A stretch of DNA of 64,000 nucleotides from Candidatus Multivoradales bacterium (GCA_965223325.1 CBDCWI010000001.1:288001-352000), one strand, 5' to 3'. Shown: positions 1-10,791, numbered from the stretch's first letter. Program-made: numbers and translations. Notes: a model not told the origin generated them from the letters alone.

Positions 1-3000
1 TCGATCGCCTCACGCTGGGTGTCGGCAATTACCTCGAGCATGATGACGCGCTCACTCTGACCGGGTGCGAAGCTCACGCTGCCGCTCGTACCGCGGAAGT
101 CGCTGTTGGCCATTGCGCTGCCACTTTCGAGCGCCCAGTCAACCGTCACCAGTGAAGTCGCGGCTGGCGAGAGGCTGACCTTGACCTCGACGGGCGTCCC
201 GCCCGCGTCACCTTCGAGAACCTCGACAGGACTCACGGTCAAGACCGAAGTGGTCGGCGGCGGAGATGGAGGCGGTGGCGGTGGCGCTGGCCCGGGGTTG
301 GTGTCGTCGTTCTTGATCAGGCCAGTGGCACGATCGGCACCGGCTCCCAGGGTCACGCCCTGTGGGTTGCTGAGCACCAGCTCGAAGCTCTCGTTGGGCT
401 CGACGGCGGTGTCTGAGCGCACCTGCACCGCGACCTTGTTACTGCCGGCCCCCAGTGGCTGGGTTCCCGCTCGTGCCGTGTAGTCGAGCGGCGCCTTGGC
501 AGTTCCGTCGACCGTCTGGAAGTCGACGCTCGCACCCGGGCTCGGAATTCCAGTGACGACGAGATCGAATTCGAGCACCTGGGTTCCCGAGTCGCCCTCG
601 GTCAACTCCACATCCCCGACCGAAAGCACCGGCAGCGCGGCGGCGACCGGGTCGATGTCGTTGATGGTGACGTTGATCACGGGAACCGGCACGTTGAGGT
701 AGGTGGGATTCCAATTGGTGATCTCGAGCTGCATCGTTTCAGCACCCGGCTCGTCGATGCCGTCGTGAAAAATGTCGACCGTCAAGAAGGCACCCGAGTC
801 GATACCGCGCACCGGCCCAGGGCACACCTCGACCGAGCGGCCGGTGAAGCCTTCGAAGTCTTCGCCAGCAACTGCAGAGCCGTTGACTGTCTTGTAGGTG
901 ATGAACGAGCAGGCTGCCGGGTCAGCGTCGAAGAAGATCGGGAGCTCGAGCGTCGTAACCATGCCCTCCTGCTCGTCGACCACCTGATCGGTTACCGAAA
1001 GAGAGACCGGCACGATGGTTTCGACATCGAGGATCGTGCCCAGGGCCTCGACGTTGGCAAGCACAATGAAGTCATCTCCGCCCGTAGCCGTATTGATCTC
1101 GCTGATGCGAATGAAGAACTGTTCATCGCCCTCGACGTCCGTGTCGTCCAGGAGCGGCACCGCGATCTCGGCATTCAGCGCGCCGGCCGAGATCTTGTGG
1201 TGACCACCCGTTGAGGGCGTACGCACGGTGTAGTCAGACCCGCCCGTCGCCGTACGATCCTCGGTGTAGTAGTCGACGTCGATCTCGAAGTCGACGGCCG
1301 GCGAGATGGTCACCGGGAACTTGATGAACGCTTGATCCTCGGACTGGGTCGCATTCCCGATGGTCACCACCGTCTTGTCGTCATCGTCGAGGATGCCGGC
1401 CTGCACGCTGGACGGGAACGAGGCAGCTCCGCTGACGCTCAAGTTGATATCGAAGGTCTCCAGCGCCGGCTCGTCGCGGTCATCGGCGAAGATTTCGATC
1501 TCAAAGCCATGGACGCGATTCGTCATGGTGACGAGCTGCGGATTGACCGGGTCGACCACATCGGCCGCACTCGCCTGGCCGGCTCCGGTACCGAGCGTAA
1601 GCGTCCAGGTCACATCGACCGACTCACCCGCCGGTGGAGTACCGTCGAGCTCGAGCCGCACCGGCAGCTTGGTTGTCGTCCCACTGGTGCCCTCGACGAC
1701 CTGGCCGACGACAACCGCCAGGTTCGGCAGGTCATCGTCGACGATGGTGAAGGTGTGTTCCGCGGGGCCTACCAACTCGGCGCCAATGACCTCGACGATG
1801 CGAATGGTGAAGGTTTCGTCGCCTTCCCAGAGAGAATCCTGGGTCGCCCCGAAGGTCGGATTGAACGTTGCGTTGGGGCCGAAACCGCCACTGAACGTGT
1901 GACTGCCCGAGCCATCGCTGAAATCAACGCCGCGCTCAGCGCTTCCTGAAACGAACTGCCACTCGACGAACACCGTGTCCGTCGGCCCCATGCCGTTGGC
2001 CTCGATCGGCACACCACTTCCGACCCCCTCGGTGGTACTCGAGGTAGGACCGGTACCGAAGAAAACCGTCGTGGGTGGCGCACTGTCGTCGTCGAGAATA
2101 TGGCCGACGGCGGGTGTCGACGAGACGTTGAGCCACGGTGCCGGCGTCTGCGCAGTCAGGCCAACCTGAAACGACTCGGGGCCTTCTAGTGTGTTGTCAT
2201 TCTTGACTTCGACAAGCAGATCTTTAGCCAGCAAGCCCGCCTCGAGCACGAAGATCCCACCATCGGCAATCTGCGGGATGTAGTCCTGGCTCTGCGCCGA
2301 CACGTTGCCATAGTTGACGATCAGCTGGATGTCGGGGTGATCTGCCCGATCGGCTTCAACACGGAAGCGGAGAAACTCCTGCGGATCGGGTGGGTTGTGT
2401 TCCTGCGCACTGGCGCTCCGGATGACCACGGACACCTGGTCGTTGTCGGAGATCGTTGCCTGTTCTGAGAACGGCGTGAGGGTATAAGCCGGGTGCGAGA
2501 CGCCGTCGACAACGATGGTGAACGTCTCGTCGTCCTCCACCGCATCGTCATCGGTCGTGTTGATGTTGATGCTGAAAAAGGTGTTGCCGGCCGGCACAGT
2601 CATCGAACCGGGTTGGAGGTCGGTGTAGTCCGCGCCCGGAGAGGCACTTCCGGGTTCGAGGTGGTAGAAGACCTTGAACTCAGGGCCGGGGCCCGGACTG
2701 ATCGAGAAGTCGGCGCTGATGGGGTTGCCTTCGGTGACGGCCAACGCCCCCGGCGAAGTCACCGAAGTAATCGTCCGCGAGTCATCGTCGGTGATTGTCA
2801 TCAAGATCGACGCGGTACCCCGCAACGCACCGCTTGGATTGCTCAGCACCACCGCGAACTGCTCGTCTTCTTCCCAGGTGCTGTCGTCGGAGAGGTCGAC
2901 ACAGCCCGTCGCCTGATCCCCGACGTTAGGAAGGCTCAGCGACTGGGAAGTCACCGAGATGTAGTCGCCACCGCCGGCGCTCAGGGATTCGGTCGACCAG

Positions 3001-3200
3001 TTGACGGTCGCCGGTCCTGGCGCCCGAGCGACCTGGCGAAGCTCGACAGTGAAACAGATGTTGGACGCCGACTCCACCGCAACCGGAGCCGGCCCCACCG
3101 CCACGATTTCGTAGTCCTGCGCTACGACCGGAGCGGCACAGAGCAGCCCGAGCAAGAGGCAGAAACCAACGAATCGAAACACCAGACCACGGGAGGACAT
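1..3200 (-). CDS. Giant Calx-beta repeat surface protein, 3' end outside the window (probable autotransporter adhesin)
   Basis: Absent from the ORF track, probably because its stop lies outside the window. Manual translation from ATG 3200 gives the signal peptide MSSRGLVFRFVGFCLLLGLLCAAPVVAQ, then Calx-beta motifs (DY...DDSTWEEDEQFAVVLSN). The same frame gives a Pro-rich linker NPGPAPPPPPPSPPP (~255-299) and IADTQREAIE at the window edge. Confidence 0.85.
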   Translation of the reverse strand, partial: MSSRGLVFRFVGFCLLLGLLCAAPVVAQDYEIVAVGPAPVAVESASNICFTVELRQVARAPGPATVNWSTESLSAGGGDYISVTSQSLSLPNVGDQATGCVDLSDDSTWEEDEQFAVVLSNPSGALRGTASILMTITDDDSRTITSVTSPGALAVTEGNPISADFSISPGPGPEFKVFYHLEPGSASPGADYTDLQPGSMTVPAGNTFFSININTTDDDAVEDDETFTIVVDGVSHPAYTLTPFSEQATISDNDQVSVVIRSASAQEHNPPDPQEFLRFRVEADRADHPDIQLIVNYGNVSAQSQDYIPQIADGGIFVLEAGLLAKDLLVEVKNDNTLEGPESFQVGLTAQTPAPWLNVSSTPAVGHILDDDSAPPTTVFFGTGPTSSTTEGVGSGVPIEANGMGPTDTVFVEWQFVSGSAERGVDFSDGSGSHTFSGGFGPNATFNPTFGATQDSLWEGDETFTIRIVEVIGAELVGPAEHTFTIVDDDLPNLAVVVGQVVEGTSGTTTKLPVRLELDGTPPAGESVDVTWTLTLGTGAGQASAADVVDPVNPQLVTMTNRVHGFEIEIFADDRDEPALETFDINLSVSGAASFPSSVQAGILDDDDKTVVTIGNATQSEDQAFIKFPVTISPAVDFEIDVDYYTEDRTATGGSDYTVRTPSTGGHHKISAGALNAEIAVPLLDDTDVEGDEQFFIRISEINTATGGDDFIVLANVEALGTILDVETIVPVSLSVTDQVVDEQEGMVTTLELPIFFDADPAACSFITYKTVNGSAVAGEDFEGFTGRSVEVCPGPVRGIDSGAFLTVDIFHDGIDEPGAETMQLEITNWNPTYLNVPVPVINVTINDIDPVAAALPVLSVGDVELTEGDSGTQVLEFDLVVTGIPSPGASVDFQTVDGTAKAPLDYTARAGTQPLGAGSNKVAVQVRSDTAVEPNESFELVLSNPQGVTLGAGADRATGLIKNDDTNPGPAPPPPPPSPPPTTSVLTVSPVEVLEGDAGGTPVEVKVSLSPAATSLVTVDWALESGSAMANSDFRGTSGSVSFAPGQSERVIMLEVIADTQREAI

Positions 3201-3371
3201 TGTGAGGGCACCACAGCGGGAAGGAATAGGAACGCATGAACACGGCCCATGCACGAATAGCCATTTTAACGTATTTATCGAAAAAAATCACGTTTTTCTT
3301 GTACTCCTAGCCCGAAAACACCCCTGGCCACCCAAACACCGGCCAGAAAGGCCCAACACCGCCCCTCCCAA

Positions 3372-3484
3372 GGAAGCTTCCGCAGTCCCTGGCACCGAGC
3401 CGGCACCGAGGCGCAGCAGCACCGGCGGCGCGGAAGCTTCCGCAGTCCCTGGCACCGAGGCGCAGCACCGAGGCGCAGCAGCAC
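3372..3484. repeat. Intergenic direct repeat, ~60-bp period, 2 copies
   Basis: GGAAGCTTCCGCAGTCCCTGGCACCGAG occurs at 3372 and 3432 and opens with the perfect palindrome GGAAGCTTCC. Sub-repeats of GCACCGAGGCGCAGCA follow. Confidence 0.85.
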
Positions 3485-3701
3485 CGCGGCGCGCAACGGG
3501 ACCGGGGAAGGCCTCGATCGCAACGACAGAGCGACCACCATCAAAGGCGGCCCGCCCACCGGACCGCTTGCACATTCCCCTCTCTAGTGATCAGGAGGAG
3601 GGGCGGTGGCAACGACCAGCCAATCTCGAGAGCGTGACCCGCCTCCAAGAATCCCTGCCCCGAGGCGACCACCTACGAACCGCGATAAACCACGGTCCCT
3701 C

Positions 3702-6700
3702 CTACCACTGTTGCCGGTACCCGAAGGTCAGGGTGTACTGGCCGAAGTCGGAGCGCATCAAGTCGGTGTCCAACATGAAGTACAACAAGCGCGAATGCCG
3801 CAGCGTGAACTGCACACCGAGCCCGAGGTTGAAGTAATCGCGGTCGGGTCGGTCGGTCAGTAGGCGGAACTCCTGGCCGGTGGCGTCGATTCCGAAGGTG
3901 CCCGGGATGCGCCGGCTGTCGTTCTCGAACTCGTGGAAGTAGGAGACGCGGGCAACGGGGTTCATCACGCCCCAGCTGTAGGACACCGGCAGGGCCGCTT
4001 CGACTCCGGCTTCGGCGAGTTTGGAGTCGACTGTTTGTCTCTTCATGCTCACTGCCAGACCGCCGGCACCAACTTCGTCGAACCCGTCGATTTCGAGGCG
4101 GCTGAGAAGCCCGCGGCCGAAGCCCTCGAGCTGTACCCGACCGAGTGTCCAGTCGTAACCGGCGCCGAGGGAGAGGCTGACCTGGTTGCTGTCGGTGACA
4201 CCGCGCGCGGTATAGACCGTCTGGCCGTTGAAGGCGATCGGCAGAACGATCTGGCGACGGGTATCGAAGTCGAGCAGACCGTAGCTCAGCGCGCCATCGA
4301 AGAAGAACTGGCCGCGCTGCAGACCGCCGTAGGCGGTGAGGGTGTAACCGTTGGTGTCGATTGAACCAACGTCTCCGTGCAGGTCGGTGCTGCTGTCGAC
4401 ATAGCCGAGAGCGCCGCCCAGGTAGCCTTCGGCAAAGCGCCAGTCGGCACCAGCTGTCACGCCCCGGGTACTGACATCGTAGCCGGGCTCGACCGCCGTT
4501 CGATCGTGGTCGCCGATCGAGATGCGACCGTTGACGAACCAGCCGAGACGCGACTCACCGCTGTCTTCTTCGATGACCCGCTGGTCTTCGGAAAGTTCCT
4601 CGCGCTCGAGCACAATCTCGTCTTCATCGGCAACCCCGGCCTCCTGGCGGATCTCCGAGAGCGCACTGTCGACACCACGGTCGACGTCGGCGGTTTCGCC
4701 CTCATAGGACGAAACGCCCGAGGCCAGCTGGCCGGTGCCAACCGACTGCCCCTGCACATCGAAACCGAGCTGTGACAGGCCGTGTGAGCCGCTGCCGTTG
4801 CGCAGCGCCTGTTGACGCTGGGCAACGTTCTGGAGCTGGGTCGCGCTGGCGGCGAGTGCCAGGTCGCCCTTGATTGGCAGCGCGCTCGGAGTCAACGCAA
4901 CGACGGCGGCGCGCTGCAGGGCGCCATTCCCGAGCCCGTAGAGGTAGACGCACAGCTCGCGCATCTCGCCGACGGCCTCGAGACAGGCGCGGTCGAGCGC
5001 GTCGGCGACCGAACCTTCGCCTGAACCGTCTCCCTCGGGAAACAGGTCGCCGAGGTCACCTTCCACGGTGATCTGGAACTCCACCGGTGCACCGCCGGCT
5101 TCGAGGAGTGCTCGCACCACCCCACGCGACGGCAGATCGGCAGCGCGAACGGTCTGAACTGCACGGCCATTGCCATTCGAAAGCGTTTCGCGGCCGGTCA
5201 CCAGCGTGACGCCTTCGGCCTCCCAGAGCACCTTGGCGTTGGCGACCACTCGATCTTCGGCACCGAGGACCCTGACTTCGAGGGTGCGCTCCTCGCCGAC
5301 CTGCATCGAGATGTCGGTCTCGTCTGCCACCAGGCGCAAGGCCTCGTCGTCGTCGACAATCGTCACAACGTAGCTGTCGGTCGCAAGGAGCGCTGCGTCG
5401 GGAGTCATCAAGGTCAGGGCGACCTGGAAGGTCTCGTTGGCCTCGACCTGGATGTCATCGAGAAGGCCAATGCGAACCGACTGCTCACGCTTGTCGCCTG
5501 CCGCCCACTCGACGGTCTCGGTACGCGCATCAAAGTCACGACCGGCAGTGGCGCTCATTGAGAGTGAGCGCACCTCGACGGCAACTCGTGACTGAGGCTC
5601 GCTCGACAGCGCCAGGCGAACGGGAACACGACGGCCGGCCTCACCGACGCTCTGAGGCACCGTCACCACAACCTCTGGAAGGCCGGTCGGTTGCGCCACG
5701 TCGTCATCGTTGATGACCACCGTCGCGGAGGGCTCGAGCAGCTCGGCACCTGAAGGGTTCGAAAGCACCACCGAGAAGAACTCGTTGCCCTCCTCGAGAT
5801 CGTCACCGAGGACGGTGACACCGAGGGTCAGTTCATCCACACCGGCCGGGAACGAGAGCGTTTCGAAGCGCCCGATGTAGTCCCCGCCCGCGCCGCTCTC
5901 GGCACTGGCGTCCCGGGTCGTGAAATCGACCGTAACCACCGAGGTCGAGACCGGTTCGAGCCGCACCGTAACCAACGCACTCACCGCTTCGCCTGGACCT
6001 CCTTCGGGAACCTGATCGCCAATGATCTGAAGCATCGGCGTCACGGCGGCGGTGTCGTCGTCGAAGATTGTGCCGGTGGCGCGTTCGCCACCAACCACCA
6101 GGTCGACACCAACCGGGTCGCGGAGCACCAACTCCAACGTTTCGTTGGGCTCTTCGAGAGTATCTCCAGTGACCAGGACGAGAATCTGGGTGTCACCGTC
6201 GACCAGATCGAGGGTGCCGGTCTTGCCAACATAGTCGCCCTCGGTGGAGCTCGCCGTACCGTCGACGATGGCATAGTCGACCGTCGCGGGCGCACCCATC
6301 AAACCGGTCGTGGTCACGGTGAACTGAAGCGTTGCGTTGCCCTGATCACCCTCGGTGACACCACCCCCGTTGGCGCGCACCTGAGGCACTGGGGGTGGCA
6401 CATCATCGTTCTGGATGGTGATCGTGGCGATGTCCTTGGTGACGTTGACGAAGGTCGGGTCAGAACTCGAAATCCTGACGACGAAGGTCTCGTCGGCCTC
6501 GAAGTTGGTGTCGCCGTTGATGGTTACGTCGATCGTCTGGGGCACGGTGTCGGCTGGGCAGAGCGTGACCACTCCGGAGTCGAAGGCGTAGTCGGAATCG
6601 GCGACGGTCGCACCGTCGGGCGCCGTCCCGTCTTCGGTCAGCCAGCCGACATCGGTGCAGGCATCGACGGGGTCGTTGAGTTGCACCGTGATCGGCACAA

Positions 6701-8924
6701 CGAAGGAGCCACCGTTGGTCTCCTGAACTGTCGCCGGGTCGAGGAGCTGAAGTTCCGAAGGCACGGCGACGTCTTCGCTGATGATCACGCCCAGCCCCTC
6801 GACGACCTGCAGGAAAATCGGATCATCGCCAGTGCTCGCCGCACCGGTCAGGCGCACGAAGAAGTCTTCATTCGCCTCGACGTCCGCATCGTCGGTGACC
6901 GGAATCGCAATCGCGACAGCCAGCTGCCCGGCGACGATTGTCGCGCTACCTCCAGCGGTTCCCAGGTAGTCAGAACCGGCAGTTGCACTGCGATCGGCAG
7001 TCTCGTAACTCAGCACGACGTCTGAATCGAGCTGCTTGCTGAGGACGGCCTGGAAGACCAGCGGTGCTCCGGCGTCCTCAGAGACCGCGGCCGGCGGAGC
7101 TTCGAGGCTCAAGAACGCGCCGCCGTCGTCGTCCTGAATCCTGCCGATCGCAGAGTCGGCGGCCGATGTCCCGGCCACGCCAACGTCGATCGAGAAGGTC
7201 TCCTCGGACTCGTCGATCGTGTCGGCGACGATAGGAATCGAAAGCGTCGTCACTCGCTCCCCCGCCGGGTCATAGCTGGCTGGGGCAGGAACGATGTAGT
7301 CGGCGGCGGTGGCGGTGATCGGGGTGATTGCGAAGTTGATCTGCGCCCCGGGGATCGGCGCCTGTGACAGCTCAACCCGGAAGTTCATCGTCGGGTTGGC
7401 GCCGCTGCCTTCGACCACCGCCGCATCGCTGACGAAGACCGTCGGCTCATCTGCCGGATCGGCGGTGATGACGACGGTGGCGCTGGTTGCTCCGCTGTGG
7501 GTCGCACCCACAACGTTGGTGAGGAGCACGTTGAAGGTCTCGTTGGGCTCCCAGAGACTGTCCTGGAACGATGAAACACCGATATCGACATCGAGCGGAT
7601 CGGTCAGACCGTCGTAGTTGACGGTGATGGTGTTCGAGAAGGCATTGAAATCACTCCCGGCCGTTGCCGACCCCGAAACGATGCTGTACGAGATGTCGAC
7701 CGAGCCAGGACTCCCACCCAGGTTCGAGAGCTGGCCAGCGCTGATCGATCCGCCGCCTCCTTCGGCAATGGACCAAGTGCCGCCCCAGGTCAAGAGTGGG
7801 CCGGTTGGCACAGCGATACGGTCATAGATGTGCAACTCGCCATTGGCATCGCCAAAGGTGACACCGGGCGCTGCCGAACTCAGCTGAACGGTCAGGAGCT
7901 CGGTTCCCTCGCCTTCGGGCGGGTCGGCCAGAATGTCGAAGTTCAAGAGAACGGACGTCTCGCCTTCCGGGATCACCAGAAAGCCGCCGTCGGTAACACC
8001 AAAGGTCGGGTCAGGAACATAGTCCGTCCCGTTGATTGCGGTGCCGCCGTAGGTCACCTGAACCGAGAACGTCTGATGCTCGGCGTGATCGATCTCAACG
8101 AACAAGAACTTCCCAACCTGGCCGGTCGCGGGTTCGGTGATCGACGAATCGCGGATCGAGACACTCACGCCGTCGCCGGGATCGGCAGTGATTGTCGCTG
8201 TCGGTGACGGCGCGCTGGTGAGATCGAACGACTGGTGCGAGAATGAGTCGATCACCACGCTGAAGGTCTCGTCGCCTTCGTAGAAGGTGTCGTCTTGAAT
8301 CGGAACCGAGATCGCGAATGACGGTGCCCCCTGCGGAATCGAGACCGATCCGCCGGCAGTGCCCTGGTAGTCGCTCCCGTCTGCCGCGGTGCCTGGCACT
8401 GTGTGGTAGTTGACCGTCGAGGCGACGGGGGCCGGCTGGTCGAGGGTGAAGGTGAAGTTGGCGTTTCCAGAAGCCTCGGTAACCGTCAGGTTCGGATTGT
8501 TGGTGACCTGGACGAGGTCGTCATCGATGATCTCGAGCAGAACTGACGAGTCCCCCGGGTCTGCACCCTGGAGGTTGTCGAACACCACCCGGAACTGCTC
8601 GCGTAGCTCCCACGTCCCGTCGTCAACGAGGGCGATCGATTGGGTAACACTGTCGCCAACCGCGGCGAAGGTCAGCGTGCCGCTGTCGTTGACATAGTCA
8701 GCCCCGGCCTGAGCACTCATCGGCTCGATACGCCAGTCGACTTGCGCGATGCCCGGCGCACGGGCGTTCATGAGCGTGGCGGTAAACGATACGCTGCCTG
8801 AGGCCTCGGCGGCGCTCCCGCCCGTGGCGCGGACTTCGAGCTGGGCGGTGAGCATCGTCGCACTACTCACGAGAATCAGTAGGCCGAGCACGACCTTCCT
8901 GAAACAGGACACACGTTGTTGCAT
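3702..8924 (-). CDS. Calx-beta repeat autotransporter (type Va) adhesin, ~1740 aa
   Basis: Signal peptide, about 9 Calx-beta repeats (TATAGxDY...DDxxxExxExF), an Ig-like domain, a linker, and a C-terminal autotransporter barrel with alternating aromatics ending YRQQW. The start could be 8957 or 8924. Confidence 0.9.
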   Translation of the reverse strand: MQQRVSCFRKVVLGLLILVSSATMLTAQLEVRATGGSAAEASGSVSFTATLMNARAPGIAQVDWRIEPMSAQAGADYVNDSGTLTFAAVGDSVTQSIALVDDGTWELREQFRVVFDNLQGADPGDSSVLLEIIDDDLVQVTNNPNLTVTEASGNANFTFTLDQPAPVASTVNYHTVPGTAADGSDYQGTAGGSVSIPQGAPSFAISVPIQDDTFYEGDETFSVVIDSFSHQSFDLTSAPSPTATITADPGDGVSVSIRDSSITEPATGQVGKFLFVEIDHAEHQTFSVQVTYGGTAINGTDYVPDPTFGVTDGGFLVIPEGETSVLLNFDILADPPEGEGTELLTVQLSSAAPGVTFGDANGELHIYDRIAVPTGPLLTWGGTWSIAEGGGGSISAGQLSNLGGSPGSVDISYSIVSGSATAGSDFNAFSNTITVNYDGLTDPLDVDIGVSSFQDSLWEPNETFNVLLTNVVGATHSGATSATVVITADPADEPTVFVSDAAVVEGSGANPTMNFRVELSQAPIPGAQINFAITPITATAADYIVPAPASYDPAGERVTTLSIPIVADTIDESEETFSIDVGVAGTSAADSAIGRIQDDDGGAFLSLEAPPAAVSEDAGAPLVFQAVLSKQLDSDVVLSYETADRSATAGSDYLGTAGGSATIVAGQLAVAIAIPVTDDADVEANEDFFVRLTGAASTGDDPIFLQVVEGLGVIISEDVAVPSELQLLDPATVQETNGGSFVVPITVQLNDPVDACTDVGWLTEDGTAPDGATVADSDYAFDSGVVTLCPADTVPQTIDVTINGDTNFEADETFVVRISSSDPTFVNVTKDIATITIQNDDVPPPVPQVRANGGGVTEGDQGNATLQFTVTTTGLMGAPATVDYAIVDGTASSTEGDYVGKTGTLDLVDGDTQILVLVTGDTLEEPNETLELVLRDPVGVDLVVGGERATGTIFDDDTAAVTPMLQIIGDQVPEGGPGEAVSALVTVRLEPVSTSVVTVDFTTRDASAESGAGGDYIGRFETLSFPAGVDELTLGVTVLGDDLEEGNEFFSVVLSNPSGAELLEPSATVVINDDDVAQPTGLPEVVVTVPQSVGEAGRRVPVRLALSSEPQSRVAVEVRSLSMSATAGRDFDARTETVEWAAGDKREQSVRIGLLDDIQVEANETFQVALTLMTPDAALLATDSYVVTIVDDDEALRLVADETDISMQVGEERTLEVRVLGAEDRVVANAKVLWEAEGVTLVTGRETLSNGNGRAVQTVRAADLPSRGVVRALLEAGGAPVEFQITVEGDLGDLFPEGDGSGEGSVADALDRACLEAVGEMRELCVYLYGLGNGALQRAAVVALTPSALPIKGDLALAASATQLQNVAQRQQALRNGSGSHGLSQLGFDVQGQSVGTGQLASGVSSYEGETADVDRGVDSALSEIRQEAGVADEDEIVLEREELSEDQRVIEEDSGESRLGWFVNGRISIGDHDRTAVEPGYDVSTRGVTAGADWRFAEGYLGGALGYVDSSTDLHGDVGSIDTNGYTLTAYGGLQRGQFFFDGALSYGLLDFDTRRQIVLPIAFNGQTVYTARGVTDSNQVSLSLGAGYDWTLGRVQLEGFGRGLLSRLEIDGFDEVGAGGLAVSMKRQTVDSKLAEAGVEAALPVSYSWGVMNPVARVSYFHEFENDSRRIPGTFGIDATGQEFRLLTDRPDRDYFNLGLGVQFTLRHSRLLYFMLDTDLMRSDFGQYTLTFGYRQQW

Positions 8925-9074
8925 GACGCAGCGAGCCTGCGGGCACAAGCGAAACATTGGAAACTCCCCATCAAATAGAAGCCTAGCCCGACTTGAGTCA
9001 GGCTGGGTTTGACAATGTTAACACGGTCTTGACCTTTTAAAACCCCATTTACTAGTTTTTCTAAATGAGATGAG

Positions 9075-10619
9075 ATGACGCAGCCAGCCCTTCTCGTCGC
9101 CAGTCGGCGCGTTCACACTTCGCTCGAAGCCGGCGCCGGCGATCCCACCCGCAAAGGCACCGTCGGGACTTCGGATGAGCGATCAGCCGCCCTCCTCATC
9201 CGCGGCGGCATCATCGAACGCGTCGAGTCGCTCTCCACCGACGAGTCCTGGGCGGCCGGACTGCGGTCCCTGACCAACCTGCTCGAGGCAGACACCGGGC
9301 AGCAACTCGAGGTCCTGGACCTGGGTCAGCGCTGGCTCACCCCCGCCTTCGTCAACCCGCACACCCACCTCGCCCTCGGGTTTCTAAGAGGTCGCAACCG
9401 CAGCCGCCATGCAGCAGCCCGGTTGGTGGAAGATTTCTACTACCCCTTCGAGAGCCGCTTGACCGCCGACGATGTGCGCGCCTTCACACGTCTAGGGGCC
9501 TACGAATCGCTCCTGGCGGGCGTCGGCCTGGTATGGGACCACTACTACTTCGCCACCGCGGTCGCTGAAGCGGTCTTCGAAACCGGTCTGTCGGCGGTCG
9601 TCGCCCCGACTCTCCAGGACCGCAGCGGGCCGGGAGCCGCTCGAGGTGAAGTCGCCCTGGCTGAAACCGAAGCTCTGGCCAACGGCGGGTGGAGCGAGCG
9701 CGGGGTCTTTGCCGCCCTCGGTCCGCACGCTTCCGACACGGCCAGCCTGGCGCTCTGGAAGAGCGCAGCAGAGGTCGCGCGCCGCCTCCGTCTGCCCCTC
9801 CATGCCCATCTCGCCCAGTCGCTCGGTGAGTGGCAGCAGGCGGTCGCGCGCCACGGAACCACACCGCTCGACCTGCTACTCAACGAAGGGGTCTTCGAAG
9901 GGCTCCCGAGTACCTTGCTCGTTCACCTGCTCTTTACGACCGATCACGAGATCCAGCGGCTCGACCAAGAGCGCGATCACCCGGTCTGGTGCCCGTCGGC
10001 GCAGATGGTCTTCGGCTTCCCGGCCGACCCGACACGCTTCGAGCGGCTGGGGCTTTCCTGGATGATCGCCACCGACACTTCGGTCGGCAACGACTCGATG
10101 AATCTGCAAAAGGAGCTGCGCCTGGCGGCCGGACTGCGCACCGCGGGCACCGCCTGGTCGGCGGAGTATCACGACTTCATCGGCACCGTCGACGGTGACA
10201 CCCGACACGGCAGACGAGCCGTGGACTTAGCGCGCAGACGACAGCACTTCTTCGAGGCAGCCACCGACCTCGCTCGCCCATCGAACCTCCTCGACCGGGT
10301 CTGGTCACATCCCGGAGCGCTGCACCCACACTTCACCGCCGGCGTGATCGCCCCCGGCGCTCTGGCCAACCTTGCCATCTGGGATACACGGCACCCGTCG
10401 TTCTGGCCAGCCGAAAGCCCCGACGAGCGACTTGCCGTTCTAGCAATGGGCGACACCACCGGAGCCCTCGACGGCCTGATCACCAACGGTCGGCTGGTAG
10501 GCAAGATTGGCGACTTCCAGCGTAGCCTGCTGTCGTCTGACGCCTACTCTGCCGCCCAGGACGAAGGCCGCCGGAGGCTGGTCGAACTGATCGAGCGCGC
10601 CGCCTTGCCGCCGGCCTGA
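9075..10619 (+). CDS. Metal-dependent amidohydrolase (COG0402, MTA/SAH-deaminase-like)
   Basis: PAFVNPHTHL (HxH), GPHA, HAHLAQ, ATD, and GxIAPGALANL motifs. Confidence 0.85.
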   Translation: MTQPALLVASRRVHTSLEAGAGDPTRKGTVGTSDERSAALLIRGGIIERVESLSTDESWAAGLRSLTNLLEADTGQQLEVLDLGQRWLTPAFVNPHTHLALGFLRGRNRSRHAAARLVEDFYYPFESRLTADDVRAFTRLGAYESLLAGVGLVWDHYYFATAVAEAVFETGLSAVVAPTLQDRSGPGAARGEVALAETEALANGGWSERGVFAALGPHASDTASLALWKSAAEVARRLRLPLHAHLAQSLGEWQQAVARHGTTPLDLLLNEGVFEGLPSTLLVHLLFTTDHEIQRLDQERDHPVWCPSAQMVFGFPADPTRFERLGLSWMIATDTSVGNDSMNLQKELRLAAGLRTAGTAWSAEYHDFIGTVDGDTRHGRRAVDLARRRQHFFEAATDLARPSNLLDRVWSHPGALHPHFTAGVIAPGALANLAIWDTRHPSFWPAESPDERLAVLAMGDTTGALDGLITNGRLVGKIGDFQRSLLSSDAYSAAQDEGRRRLVELIERAALPPA

Positions 10620-10791
10620 GGCTGGCCTCAACGCGCGTCGCGCTCTTGACCCGGTGCCCCAGATTTACGAGCATTGAACGATGGCCGGCTGATGCGACTC
10701 AGGTGGCGAGTCAAGGCGGCGCAGTGAAAGATGGTGAAAGAGCGCCCCTCCATTCCCGAGAGAAGACAGTGCAACCCCCACACCAGTACCG

